From Bispira polyomma (taxonomy: Eukaryota), in the NCBI GenBank assembly GCA_965649765.1, contig OZ287754.1, positions 56,296,001-56,360,000 of the forward strand: a stretch of DNA of 64,000 bases, read 5' to 3'. Position numbers and translations under genes: made by a program. Positions 40,640 to 53,074 of this stretch are shown in pieces; within the stretch, counting starts at the first letter, position 1, and each line of letters starts with the position of its first letter. The notes under the pieces are model-generated. The model worked only from the letters and a program-made list of their open reading frames with translations. It was not told the origin of the DNA and made no database searches.

Positions 40640-43600
40640 ATGGCTAGTGCTAAAGAGTTTGTACAGTCACCATCTATTGAGGTTCTAGAAACTTTTAAAA
40701 AAGATATTTTAATGCAGATAACACAAGAATTACAGTTAGAGGTGAAAAGGTGAACACGTAAACATGAACTTAAAAGGCTTATTGTTGAACAGTTAGTTGA
40801 TGAAGACCTTTTGCATAATAGTTGTTTAGAAGTGTGTAAACCTCTGCCAATGGAACCTCCTGGGCAATTTGAGATCAGGTGATTAGAAATTAAAAGAGAG
40901 CTAAAACTTTAAGAGCTTGAGGCGCGAAAAGAGGAGCTTGAGGCTCAAAGGCGAAAAGAAGAGCTCGAAGCTCAAAAATTTGAAAAAGAGCTTGAGCTTA
41001 AACATGAAAGGGAAATGAAGGCTTTGGAACTCAGTGCTCGCCGAATTGCCCACGAAGAGTCCATGGCAACCAAATTTGATTTGGGTAAAAATATGCGACT
41101 GGTACTACCTTTCAACGAGTCCTAAGTTGATAAATATTTTCAACACTTTGAACGAGTGGCTCAAAATTTGAAATGGCCCACAAACCAGTGGCCTTTATTG
41201 CTGGAAAGTGTTTTCAAAGGCAAAACCCAAGAGGCATATACAGCTTTGCCAATTTCTGAATGTAGAGATTATGACTGTGTGAAAAATGTTATCTTGAAAG
41301 AGTTGGTACCAGAAGCATATCGTCAAAAATTCAGAAATTATCGTAAGCAAGAAAATCAAACTTATGTTGAATTTGCCCATGAAAAAGAAGTGTACTTTGA
41401 CAGATGGTGTAATTCTAGAGAAGTTGGTACAGACTTTGAAAAGCTTAGGCAAGTCATTTTAATTGAAGAGTTTAAAAGGGGTGTTCATGATGACATTAAA
41501 ATCTATCTGGATGAACAGAAAGTAGAAAATTTGCACAAAGCAGCAGCTTATGCTGATGATTATGCGCTGACTCACAAGTCCACTTTTAACAAGAGTAAAT
41601 CCTCTGGTCCCACATAGAAGTTTTATCCTGAAGTAGGAAAGAAATTAGAAAATGTAGCTCCAGAAAAGAGTTCAGATAAGTTTCAAACAACAAATCAGAC
41701 AATGAGTAAGGATAGGAAACCTAGGTCCTTTGCTCCTGTGTGCCATTACTGTAAAAAACCTGGGCATGTTATGTCTCACTGTTGGCTCTTAAAGAAAATG
41801 AGAGAAAAGGAGGCAACACCTAATGCCTTTATTTGCAGCAAATCTAATTGGCGTTCAAATCCCAATAGAGCAGAATCTAGTATTGGTTTAGACAAGTCTG
41901 AGATTAGGGATGAGTTCAAACCTTTTGTGTCTGAGGGTTTTGTATCCTTAGATAGTAGTTCCAGTCAAGTTCCCGTTAGGATACTAAGAGACACTGGGGC
42001 TATTCAGTGACTACTTTTAGAAGGTGTATTGCCATTGAGTGTAAGCACTTCTACTGGTGAGAGTATTATTGCTCAAGGTATTGAAGGAGGTTGTGTAAAC
42101 ATTCCCTTACCTAAAGTCAACTTAGTATCAGACTTTGTTACTGGTTCTGTTGTGGTGGGTACCAGGCCCACTTTACCCATTAAAGGGGTGTCTTTGCTGT
42201 TGGGAAATGATATGGCAGGTGGCAAGGTGGTTGCTGATCCTAAGGTTACTTCTAAGCCGATCACTTTGGTTAGCACTGAGAAAATAGAAGAGGTTATTCC
42301 TGGTATTTTTCCCTCCTGTGCTGTGACTCGAGCTATGGCTAAAAAAGCCCAAGAAGAACCAAAAGATTGTAAACAATCTACAGATGTCTTAGTTGATTTA
42401 TCAGATACATTCTTAAACAACTGTGACCATGATGTGCAAAATCATAGTGATATTGACCCTAAAGGTAGGGAAGATTCTGAGAAACAAGACCCAAATGATG
42501 ATCCAGATGTATCACTCTCAAAATCAAAATTGATTGTAGAGCAGGAAAATGACCCTGAATTAGCCCCTCTATTCAAATTGGTGTTACCACAAGTAGAGCT
42601 AGATAAGGTACCAGTAGGCTATTATATCAGAAATGGTGTGCTTATGCGAAAGTGGAGACCGCCAAGCGTCCCTTCATCTGAGAACTGGTCAATAATTCAT
42701 CAGATTGTATTACCAAAAATGTACCAAAATGATGTATTGAGGTTAGCTCATGAGTCTCCAATGGGTGGCCATTTAGGCATCAATAAAACATATGGCAAAA
42801 TAACTAAGCATTTCTACTGGCCTCAGATCAGGCGCTGTGTGGTAGAATTTTGTAAAACTTGTCACATTTGTCAAGTTGTAGGAAAACCAAACCAAAAGAT
42901 TCCTATAGCCCCTCTAAAACCCATTCCAGCATTTGAAGAACCATTCAGCAAGGTGATAATTGATTGTGTAGGCCCCTTACCAAAGGCTAAATCCAGAAAC
43001 CAATATCTCTTAATCATTATGTGTGCCTCAACCAGATTCCCTGAAGCGATACCTTTGACCAACATAATAGCTCCGAAAATCTCAAAAGCTTTAGTCAATT
43101 TCTTTACTTTAGTTGGCTTACCAAAGGAGATCCAGTCAGATCAAGGGTCAAATTTTATGTCAGGATTATTTCAGCAAGTCGTGTTTCAGTTAGGTGCCAA
43201 ACAGATCAAATCTAGTGCTTATCACCCAGAATCACAAGGTGCCCTTGAAAGGTTCCATTCCACTTTAAAAAATTTGATTAGGACATATTGCTTAGACAAT
43301 GAGAAAGACTGGGATAAAGGCATCAACTTATTATTGTTTACAGTTAGGGAATCAGTGCAAGAGTCTTTAGGCTTTAGTCCCTTTGAGTTAGTGTTTGGTC
43401 ATTCAGTCCATGGTCCTCTCAAGTTGTTGAAAGAAAATTAGTTGTCTGAGAACTCTGATAGCCTAAACCTGTTAGATTATGTTTCAAAGTTTAGGAGTAG
43501 GCTGAAAAAGGCTTGTGAGCTAGCGTAACAAAATTTAAAACATTCTCAGTCAAAAATGAAAATGCTTTATGATAGAAAGTCACAAAACCGTGTTTTTAAA

Positions 43601-45188
43601 CCGGGAGACAAGGTTTTAGTGTTATTACCTGTCCAGGGGAACACGTTACAGGCCAGATATCATGGGCCATACAAAGTGTTAAAGAGAGTAGGTGATTTGG
43701 ATTATGTCATTGAAACCCCGGACAGAAGGAAGTCAACCCAACTGTGTCATGTAAATATGGTAAAACCATACTTTGAAAGGGGTGTGACAAAGCCTGTCAT
43801 GGCTACTGACTGTAATGTGGAAAATGACAACAATCAGGAACATGAAGCATGGGGTGACACTCCTGATGTTGAAGTTAAATGTAAAATCAGGTTGAGTAAT
43901 TCAGAGATTCTTGCTGATTTGGAAACCAAACTGAATCATGTACCTCCAGATAAGAGGATCCCACTTAGTGAGTTACTCTTGAAGTATAAGTCAGTATTTC
44001 CTGATGCCCCTAACAGGACCAATGTACTCATGCATGATGTTGATGTTGGCAATGCCATTCCGGTCAAACAGCACCCATATCGTGTAAACCCGATTAAACT
44101 TGAAAAATTAAGACAAGAAGTGCAATACATGTTGGACAAAGATATAATTGAACCAAGTCAAAGTAGTTGGGCATCTCCTTGTGTTTTGGTCCCAAAGCCT
44201 GATGGTTCTATCAGATATTGCACAGACTATAGAAAGGTTAATGTTTTGAGTAAAACCGATTCATTTCCTATCCCAAGAATGGAAGACTGTATTGATCGGA
44301 TTGGTAAAGCCAAATATATCACAAAGTGTGATTTATTGAAAGGTTACTGGTGTGTACCTCTTACTGAACGGGCAAAAGAAATATCAGCATTTGTATCAGC
44401 ATGGTCTGTATCAGTACAAAGTAATGCCATTTGGCATGAAAAATTCCCAAGCTACATTTCAGAGACTTATGCATATATGTCTAAAGAACTTAGAAGGGGT
44501 TGTAAAGGCAAAGGTTGTTTACTTAGGGCATGTAGTTGGTCATGGAGTTGTGACATCAATTAAAGCAAAAGTTGAAAGCATCATTGACTATCCCATTCCT
44601 AAAAATAAGAAAAGTTTAATGAGGTTCCTGGGAATGTCAGGTTATAGAAAATTTTGTAAAAATTTCTCAGATGTGACTGCTCCACTGATTGAGCTCTTAA
44701 AAAAAAAACGTTAAATATCACTGGTCTGAAGATTGTCAAAAAGCATTTGACAAAGTAAAAAATGTTCTCTGTTCGGAGCCTGTACTAACTGCTCCAGACT
44801 TCAGTAGGCCATTCCGGCTAGCTGTGGATGCCAGTGATGTTGGGGCAGGTGCAGTTTTACTGCAGACTGATGATGAAGATATTGAACATCCCATTTGTTA
44901 TTTTTCAAAAAATTTAATGTACATCAGAAGAATTACTCTACAATAGAAAAAGAATGTTTAGCCCTCATTCTAGCCATTAAACAATATAATATATATATCT
45001 CTTCATCATCAAAACCAACTATTGTGTACACAGATCACAACCCTTTAGTATTCTTGCGCAAAATGAAAAACAAAAACAGACGATTATTGAATTGGAGTTT
45101 GGTTTTGCAAGAATACAGTTTACAAATAGAGCATGTTAAAGGAAAGGATAACATTTGTGCTGATGCTCTATCCAGAAGTTGTACTTAA
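40640..45188 (+). pseudogene. gag-pol polyprotein remnant (capsid, CCHC knuckle, protease, integrase, RT, RNase H)
   Basis: gag 'ELVPEAYRQKFR'; knuckle CHYCKKPGHVMSHC; protease ILRDTGA; integrase H-H-C-C, IDCVGP, SDQGSNF, ESQGALERFH and GPY; RT WASPCVLVPKPDG and CDLLKGYW; RNase H AVDASDVG, EKECLA and YTDHNPL. Many stops and frameshifts. Confidence 0.95.
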
Positions 45189-45374
45189 GGTCATTTTGTA
45201 TGTTAACAACTGAAAAGTAAACTTGTAAAACTTAGATATTTACTTATGGATAATACTTGTGTAACTTAAAATACAATGTTCTATAGAATGTTATTACATA
45301 TGTACACTGTATATTTACTTATGTTTTGTATAATATGAAATTTTGTAACCCCTTGGCTTCCAAAATTTTTCTTT

Positions 45375-45385
45375 AAGGGGGGAGG
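45375..45385 (+). promoter_or_regulatory. Polypurine tract
   Basis: AAGGGGGGAGG immediately before the 3' LTR. Confidence 0.9.
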
Positions 45386-46114
45386 TGTTACATATAATGA
45401 CATTGTGGTATGTTAAAGCACTCTGCCAGAGTGATCTATTTATAGATTTGGGGAAACCCCTAAGCTTCTAGAAGCTGTTTCTATTTTGTTTCTGTTGTAT
45501 GTTCATATGTGTATCTCATCTCTGGAATATTCTAGCAATTGCTTACATATTCTAGAGCCTTCTCTAGCAGTTGTATATATAAGGGTTGACAGCCTGGCCA
45601 CAGACCAGAGATTATTGAGTTGATGTGCTATACAAACTGCTATACTGTGAAAGATTTTATTTCTTTTCCTGCGGATATAAACTGATTACTACATATGTTT
45701 TTGTGGTGAACTTATTGGAGCATTGAACCAGATAAAAGTTGTGGATCTACCAGAGATTGGATTTTCTGCATATTGGATATTGTTTGCATCCTGGACTGGA
45801 TAGCTCAGTTGTGCAGACTCTCTGGATATATACATTTTGTGTTTGTAGACACCGAACGGATAACAGGATACAGGCATTGTGTGGACACCGAGCGGATCTC
45901 AAGACAGATTGCTGGATACAGTGGACAAACTTGTTTAATTGTTATTTATGTGAACAGGACTGTGGTCAGGTCAGATTGGTTTCATTATTGTATTATTGTA
46001 TGAGCTATTAAGGGTATCTCAGTTGACTGTAATTCTGTAATTCTGTAATTGTTATTTTATTTGTTAAATAAATTTGTTAAGTAAAACTTTTTGTCATTTC
46101 CTGTTACAACCTCA
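45386..46114 (+). repeat. 3' LTR, truncated by about 43 bp
   Basis: Matches the 5' LTR up to 'gttacaacctcaaa'; the terminal '...ccgtaaca' is missing. Confidence 0.93.
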
Positions 46115-47506
46115 AAAATTTTAAGATCGAGATAGCAAATTGATTTTTAATCAAGATCACTTTATTTATCAGTCGGGTCAATGCATTTCGAGGGTTTGGA
46201 TAGTAAGTATTTCTGGTTCAATATTGGTCCAATGTTAATATATTGCAGGTCAGCATATAAACATGTTATGCTCTGTCTTTAGTGTTTAAGTGCCCTACTA
46301 AGCCGCAACATCTGGTGTTAGATTTCTACTTTGTCATTTTTGATTTGTCAGTTGTGCTTAAAATTATTTCCTCGGGCTCATTTGTGATCTCCAAACAAGA
46401 CCAAAAATTCCTGTAAGGCATTAAATTGCTAAAAAAAAACATGTCCTCCAGCTAAAACTATTTTGTCAATGTATGAGAAAATTCAATCAGTAATCTTAAG
46501 AAATTTTAATAATGAAAAACATGTGTTAAAAATTGGTTTGCTAAAGCAACAATTAAAATATTTCATACTGCACTAAACCTACAGCCTTATGGCTCATTCA
46601 TACTGCACCAAATCCAAAATTATCAACGTATACAGAAAGTAATTTTGATGTAGTCACATTATTCATACATTATTTCAACTGAAAAAAAAATACTATGTAC
46701 CATTGCTTTTGATTAAGTTTAATAACAAATTTTTTTAGCCAAATCAATAAAAAAACTGGCAAAAAATTACAGGAGTTTAAGTCAAACAAATTAGTAACCA
46801 AAAAATCTCAATTTCAGCAAATATTATTCACAATTCGACAATGAACACATGTTCTAGGTGGCGAATTGAAGATAGAGTTTAAACTTTTATATTCCTTACT
46901 CTACAGAAAGTATATATCAAGCCGAATTTTAGACATTGTTGTCCATACATAGACCACAGCAAAATGTTTCACCCAAATGATGCACAGTTGTGTCACTAAA
47001 CATAAACAAGTTTTGTTTTCACTAACTTTTGATGTCTACTAAATTTCTAGATCCTGATTTGTTGCAGTGTGATATATCTATGTTAAATTATTAGTAGCAA
47101 CAAATAACCAGTACATATAGATTCTGCACAGTATGAAAATCAGCTATTAAAGCTTTACAATTATCTGAACACAAAAATATTATGTTAACATTTTTACTTG
47201 ACTCTATGACTTTTTCGAGCCTCAAATGAGACTGACTCATGTCGTGTTGGACTGGTTTTGAATCCAATTTGGAAAGAAAAGAAATAGAAAATTGTTTAAA
47301 AAGTCAATTTTACATTATACTGTGTTATTAGATTGGAATCTTGCCTTATTTTATGAAGGAAACCAATATATTACTTGCTGAATACAATTTGACAATTGAG
47401 CTCTAGTTTTTTTGGAGTCAGTTACAATATACAATAAACATTTGATGTAGCTACACCTTTTTTTTCTTTCTTGAATTTTTAAAAAAATTAAAATATTCAC
47501 TGTTAA

Positions 47507-47958
47507 TACCTCAGCCGAGGAAGTTATGTTTTCTCCCAAGTCTGTTGGTTTGTTTGTCACCAGGATTATACCAAAAATTAGTGAACTAAATGACATGGAC
47601 TTTTGGTGAAGAGATGAATAACCTTAGCAGAGGTGTGTACTCCATTGAGTACCTAGCTTTTAGGTTTGTTTTCAATTGATGGTTTGGTGGCAACTTGGCA
47701 GAAATATGCACCCTACTAAGGACCTAGCTTCTAGGTTTGTTTTCAATATATGGTTTGGTGGTACCTTGACAGAGGTGAAAGCCCTACTGAGGTCCTAGCT
47801 TCTAGGTTTTGTTTTTAATTGATGGTTTGGTGGTACCTTGACAGAGGTGCACACTACTGAGGTCCTAGCTTCTAGGTTTTGTTTTTAATTGATGGTTTGG
47901 TGGTACCTTGACCATGGTATGCACTCAACTGAGGACCTACATTCTTGGTTTGTTTTCA
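47507..47958 (+). mobile_element. Helentron-associated (HINE/DINE-1-like) element with tandemly repeated 3' end
   Basis: 5' subTIR TACCTCAGCCGAGG, 'gttatgtttt' and a (GTTT)n tract. Five ~70-72-bp units start near 47621, 47693, 47763, 47835 and 47905, each with a degenerate subTIR complement CCTTRRCAGAGGT, a short hairpin and a CTAG-like end. Confidence 0.7.
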
Positions 47959-50058
47959 TGTGTTGACTGTTACAATGTTCAAAGCAAGTGTTATTTTACA
48001 TCAGCACAATGTTCTAGTTTTTACAAAATTCTATTTACTTTTTTCGTGTGCTCCTAATTTTTTTTTTCTATCTTGATGTAATGCTATATTTTATGGGAGC
48101 AGCAAAACCTAGGCTGGTTTCCTTCAGTTTCAGTTTTCTTTTCTTCTTCTACATAAAATGAAATAAAAGCCATCAGCGATCATGACATTGTGATGAAAAA
48201 AACTAATGCAAAACAGCCAGCACAAGAAATAAAATTTGACTTTCAAGTAGAAAATGTTCCAAGTGATGGAGATTGAACTACAATTTTATAGTACAAGAAA
48301 AGGTTCTCAGTTTCGTCAAAATTTGTTGTTCTGTGTGACATATTGCAAAATATTAGAGGGATTTAGGGCTTCTGCAAAAGAGTCCTATAGGTGAAGGTCA
48401 GTAAGTACAGGTGAAGGTCAGTAAGTGTATCAATGTTAGTGTCTTTCACACTTTAAGCCTATGTCTCTTTTTTAAAAGACAACTCTTGATTATGTGGCTT
48501 CCTATCAAATCCAAAATGGCCGAACATTACAGGAAAATAAATAGCTTTAGAATATTTTTGATGAATTAGCTTTCGTAAAGCTTTTTTTTTAAATTCAGTA
48601 GTCATTCCCCATCAATTTCTGTTAATATTAACCAAAGTTATAAGTGTTTACTAGATTTCAACTTCTATGAATTTTAGTTGCAACCCTATCCATTCTTTTC
48701 TTTTCTACCTTAAATACTAAAAACCTTTTAAATAAATTATCCACTGTCCTAACATATTTTTAACGTATATAACTGTATAAACAGGCCATATTTTAAATAA
48801 AGTTTATAATGGAACTACTATTGTATATTCCAAGGAAATTCCAAGTGGTATCTGTGATAAATTTATGTTGCCTGATAAATATGGCCAATGCGAAGAATCA
48901 TTATTTTAAAGGTCTTTTTAAAACCACCATTTTCTCCAGTGGAGACCTTTATGGGTACATTATGATGACTGAATCAAGCCCATAGTGGGAGTATTTTGTA
49001 AAAAATACCACAGTGACTTTCAATTTAATCATTAAAAATATTATCTTGTTTTAATTAAGGACATAAACACTTAAAAAAGGTAAAAAAAATTAACATTGCG
49101 ATTCACGATGTTGTACATTGTTTTGTATTGGCTAAAGATATATATATACATAAATAATTGGCGGACATGCAATAGAGAAAATATAAAATAGTTTATCAAT
49201 TCTTATATACAGTACATATACAGTTGAAACCCTTTAAATCAAACCTCAAGGGACCAAGATAAATACATCCACTTAAAATGGTGGTTCTACATTGCTGATT
49301 CGGTTCCTGATCTACCTGATTTTGAGGTCTGAGGCGTGTTCAGGAGGTCCAGGGGCGAAAGCAAGGCAAATTTACAGGTAGAGAAGGATATCAAAGATGT
49401 TTGATATTTTGTAAAAGTCCCCCGACTTGCCTCCCTGACCTCTTAAAACGGGAAGGTCAGCTTCGGTGAATAAGTTCGATCTTATTGTCAATATATTCTG
49501 TCTGACAGGTCTTATCTCACTCCAGGCCTGTCCTAACACTGGCGCATCGAAATGTATAGTCAAAATGGGGCAAGCCGGGCGGTCTGGAAGAATATATGTA
49601 TGAAAAAACATTTTGCCCAATTTATCAGTTATTTTACCATAATTCATCCCGACATTGACTTTTAGATATTCGATCCTTATGCCCATACGTTCGATCCTAA
49701 AGCGATACGTCAGATTCTATTGCCATGAATTAAGTTTGATCCTAACGTTTGTCGGGGAGGACAGGGCTGTTTTAGTATGGACCTCAAGTTTAATCGTGCT
49801 CGATGTCCCATCAAAATAGGACGAAATCAGTTCGATCTGCAAGGTAGCCCCACATTTCCATTTTACTGCTTTTTCACCCCCGACCACCCCAATCTCAAAA
49901 TTGGGCCCATTTTGCAGATCGAACTTGATAGTTGAATCACCACTTTAGCAGGATTTCCACTCATCAGGGTAAATTTTAAAAAGAGAACATTTTGGGGACT
50001 TTCTCTACATAAGGCAGTTTAATAGAGTTCTACTTGAAGGTATTGGCATGTACATATA

Positions 50059-50165
50059 TGTCACAGGCAAAATTAAAATTACCATTTCAATTGTGCCTAG
50101 GCGGTTTTAAATTTCCCCTGGCAATACTGAAATTTTGATTTTGCCTTGGCGGATTTAAAATCTGG
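50059..50165 (+). mobile_element. Terminal fragment related to the 7991-9511 foldback family
   Basis: 'atatatgtcacaggcaaaattaaaatt...gcctaggcgg...ttttgattttgccttggcggatttaaaatctg'. Confidence 0.75.
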
Positions 50166-50399
50166 ATAACTTTTTTATCAGTCGGGTCAATGCATATTTG
50201 GAGTTTGGACAATATTTCAGGTTATTGGTCCAATGTTTATACACTGGTCAAAATAGAAAGGGACTCAGACATATAAATGTTGGTAATTTCAAAAGTGTGC
50301 AGAATTTTAATTATTTTGATATGTATTTGTATAAACACATTTATTGTCCTTTTTTCAAGCTATTGTTGCTTACAACAAAAAAACTTCTTTAAGGAATTA

Positions 50400-53074
50400 C
50401 CAAGCAAAGAATGTGATGTCCAGACTACACTACCTTTGAAAATATAGTCATAACAGCTGCTTTTCCAGACCATAGCTTGTCTTTTGCATGCATCTATCGC
50501 CCTCCTACTTCCAATATGGCAAGTTTTCTAGATGAATTCTTATCATATATCAGTTTTCTCAGCTGTGCCAGCTCCTCATTTGTGGTCAGTGGTGACTTCA
50601 ATAGTCATAATAATGCCAATTTTAGTTCTATACTGGATTCCTGCAATTTAACACATGCATGATCACATCTTAGACCTCATTCTGGCTCCCACAGATCTCG
50701 AGTCAGTTAGAAATACAAGGTGCTCGGATTTCATATCTGATCATGCAGTTGTTTCATGTGATGTTAACATAATACCTCAAACTGAATCAGTCGAGCGTAC
50801 TGTCAGTTTCAGATGTTATTACCGTATTGACATGTGCAAACTAAAGTATGACCTGTCTACCATTCTCTTTGTCATAGACCCTTGTAAAAATGCTACTGAC
50901 TTGTATAATCAATACATCAGTGACCTTAAACTATTACTTGACAAACATGCTCCATTTAAAACTAGATTACTAAAAAAAACAGCACCAAAATGGGTTACTG
51001 AAGCATACCGTACGGCTAAAGCACTGCGCCGTCAATATGAAAGAGCCTGGAGAAAAGAGAAAAGTCCACTAAACAGATCTAGATTAAGGAAACAGGTTGC
51101 ATGGTGCAATAAATTGTTAAATAAAGCAAAAGGAGATCACTACAAATCAGTCATTGAAGAAAATTCACAAAACGGGCGAAAGCTCTGGCAAGAATTGCGC
51201 AGAGTCCTCCATACCACACCTGAGTCCATCCTTCCAGCATTCAAATCAGGAAAATCTGTGGCAGAAAAATTTGGGGTTTTCTTCAGTGAAAAAATTAAAA
51301 ATATCAGAAACATGTTCTCTGGCTAAAATACATGTTGCTTTTCCCCTACCAGACCTCCACCGAATTTCTCTGGCTTTACCCAAGTTTCACAAGATGACGT
51401 CCTAAAGACTATAAATGAATCCCCTACTAAAACCTGTATGTTAGACTCCTGGCCAACCTTCCTGGTGAAGGAATGCATTGATATACTGCTACCCTCTATC
51501 ACCAGACTTGCCAATCACTCTCTTGCAGAGGGTATTGTACCTGATAAATTTAAACAGGCTGTAGTAACTTATAAAGAAACCATCGTTACCAAAAAATGAC
51601 CTTGAGAATTATAGGCCAGTATCGGGCCTAAGTTTTATCTCCAAGCTAGTGAAAAGAATTGTTGCAAAACAAATAACTGAACATATCAACAAAAATGGTT
51701 TAGGTAATCTCCTGCAGTCTGCTTATAAACAGGGCCACTCCACTGAAACAGCTCTTCTATCCATCAAAAATGAAGTACATATATCTCTTTCAAAAGGTTT
51801 TGATACTATTGATCATGCTACCTTGCTTGAATACTTATCGTCCTGGTTCGGTTTCATGGTACAGTTCTCGAATGGTTCACTTCATATCTCTCAAATCGAT
51901 TTCAGTCTGTCAAAATAGGCTCCATTCTGTCAGAGTTGTTTAAGCTTGAGTTTTGGTGTTCCCCAAGGGTCAATTCTGGGCCCTATCTTGTTTTCTTTGT
52001 ACACTACTCTGCTCAGCTATATCATCAACAAACATAGCAATATCAAGTACCACTTTTATGCAGATGAAACACAGCTGTATGCTCATCTCTCATATAAAAA
52101 GGCCACAACTGTTCTCAACAGTCTAAATAGTTGTCTCAGTGATGTTCAAAAGTGGATGTTTGCCAACAAACTTAAATTAAACCCGGACAAGACTGAGTTT
52201 ATACTATTCGGATCAAGAGCACAGGCTGATAGATTTAAGGATTTCTTCCCAATCAATATTTTAGAAAACATGGTGTACCCTGCAAGTGCTGTCAAGAGCC
52301 TGGGGTGTGGTTTGATTCTACGTTTTCCTTCTCCAAACAAGTTCATAAAGTTTGCAAGTCTTGCTTCATCCAAATGAGGGATCTAAGAAGGGTTAGGCGC
52401 TATTTGTCAGCCAGTACTGCTACTATAGTCGCAAATGCCCTGGTTACAAGTCGTCTTGACTACCGTTAATTCTCTTTAGAGAGGTTTATCCAAGGCTGAC
52501 ATCAGAAAGTTGCAATGCATCCAAAACTCATTAGCCAGACTGGTGGCCAACCATTGCAAGTACTCCTGTGTTACTCTGGTCTTAAGAAGTCTCCACTGGT
52601 TACCATTGAGTTTACATGTATGTTCAAAACAGCTACCTTAGTCTACAAATTCTTGAATTATGGCCTTCCAGCATACTGGAATCCATACCTCACAATTTAC
52701 ACAGGCAGTCATAATACCAGAAGGAGCAGACCGGAAAAAAGTTACCTAACTGTTCTAAGATTTTTCTCAGCAGTACACAAATTAAAACGTCAGTTTACCA
52801 ATAGCTTTGCCCATGATGCTCCAACACTTTGGAATGAATTACCTGCCGAAATTCGTTGTGCAACCTCACTTACATCGTTTAGAAAAAAACTTAAAACCTA
52901 CTTATTCAACAAGGCTTTTCCACCATAGCCCTAAATTCACCTGGCATCTCCATGGTGATGACCAATGCTTGTCCAATGGAAATTCAAATTGAATAAGGAT
53001 ACTGTCCTGCGCCTTAGAATCCCTTAAGAAGGAGAGATTAAGCGCTATAAAAGTTAGATTAGATTAGATTAGAT
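50400..53074 (+). mobile_element. L2/CR1-group LINE, 5'-truncated, frameshifted ORF2
   Basis: APE endonuclease motifs IYRPP, GDFN, LDLI and SDH. RT motifs YRPVS, QSAY, GVPQGSILGP and YADE. C-terminus 'LWNELP...FRKKLKTYLF' and (TTAGA)4 tail at 53054-53074. Confidence 0.93.

Larger units (their letters stand above)
39800..46114 (+). mobile_element. Ty3/Gypsy LTR retrotransposon, Gmr1-like (IN upstream of RT), defective
   Basis: Two near-identical LTRs, PBS, PPT and gag-PR-IN-RT-RH domains. Confidence 0.96.

Noticed and set aside
40131-46011. Paired 90-aa ORFs at 40131-40403 and 45739-46011
   Set aside because: They are the same LTR sequence read twice; no protein features.
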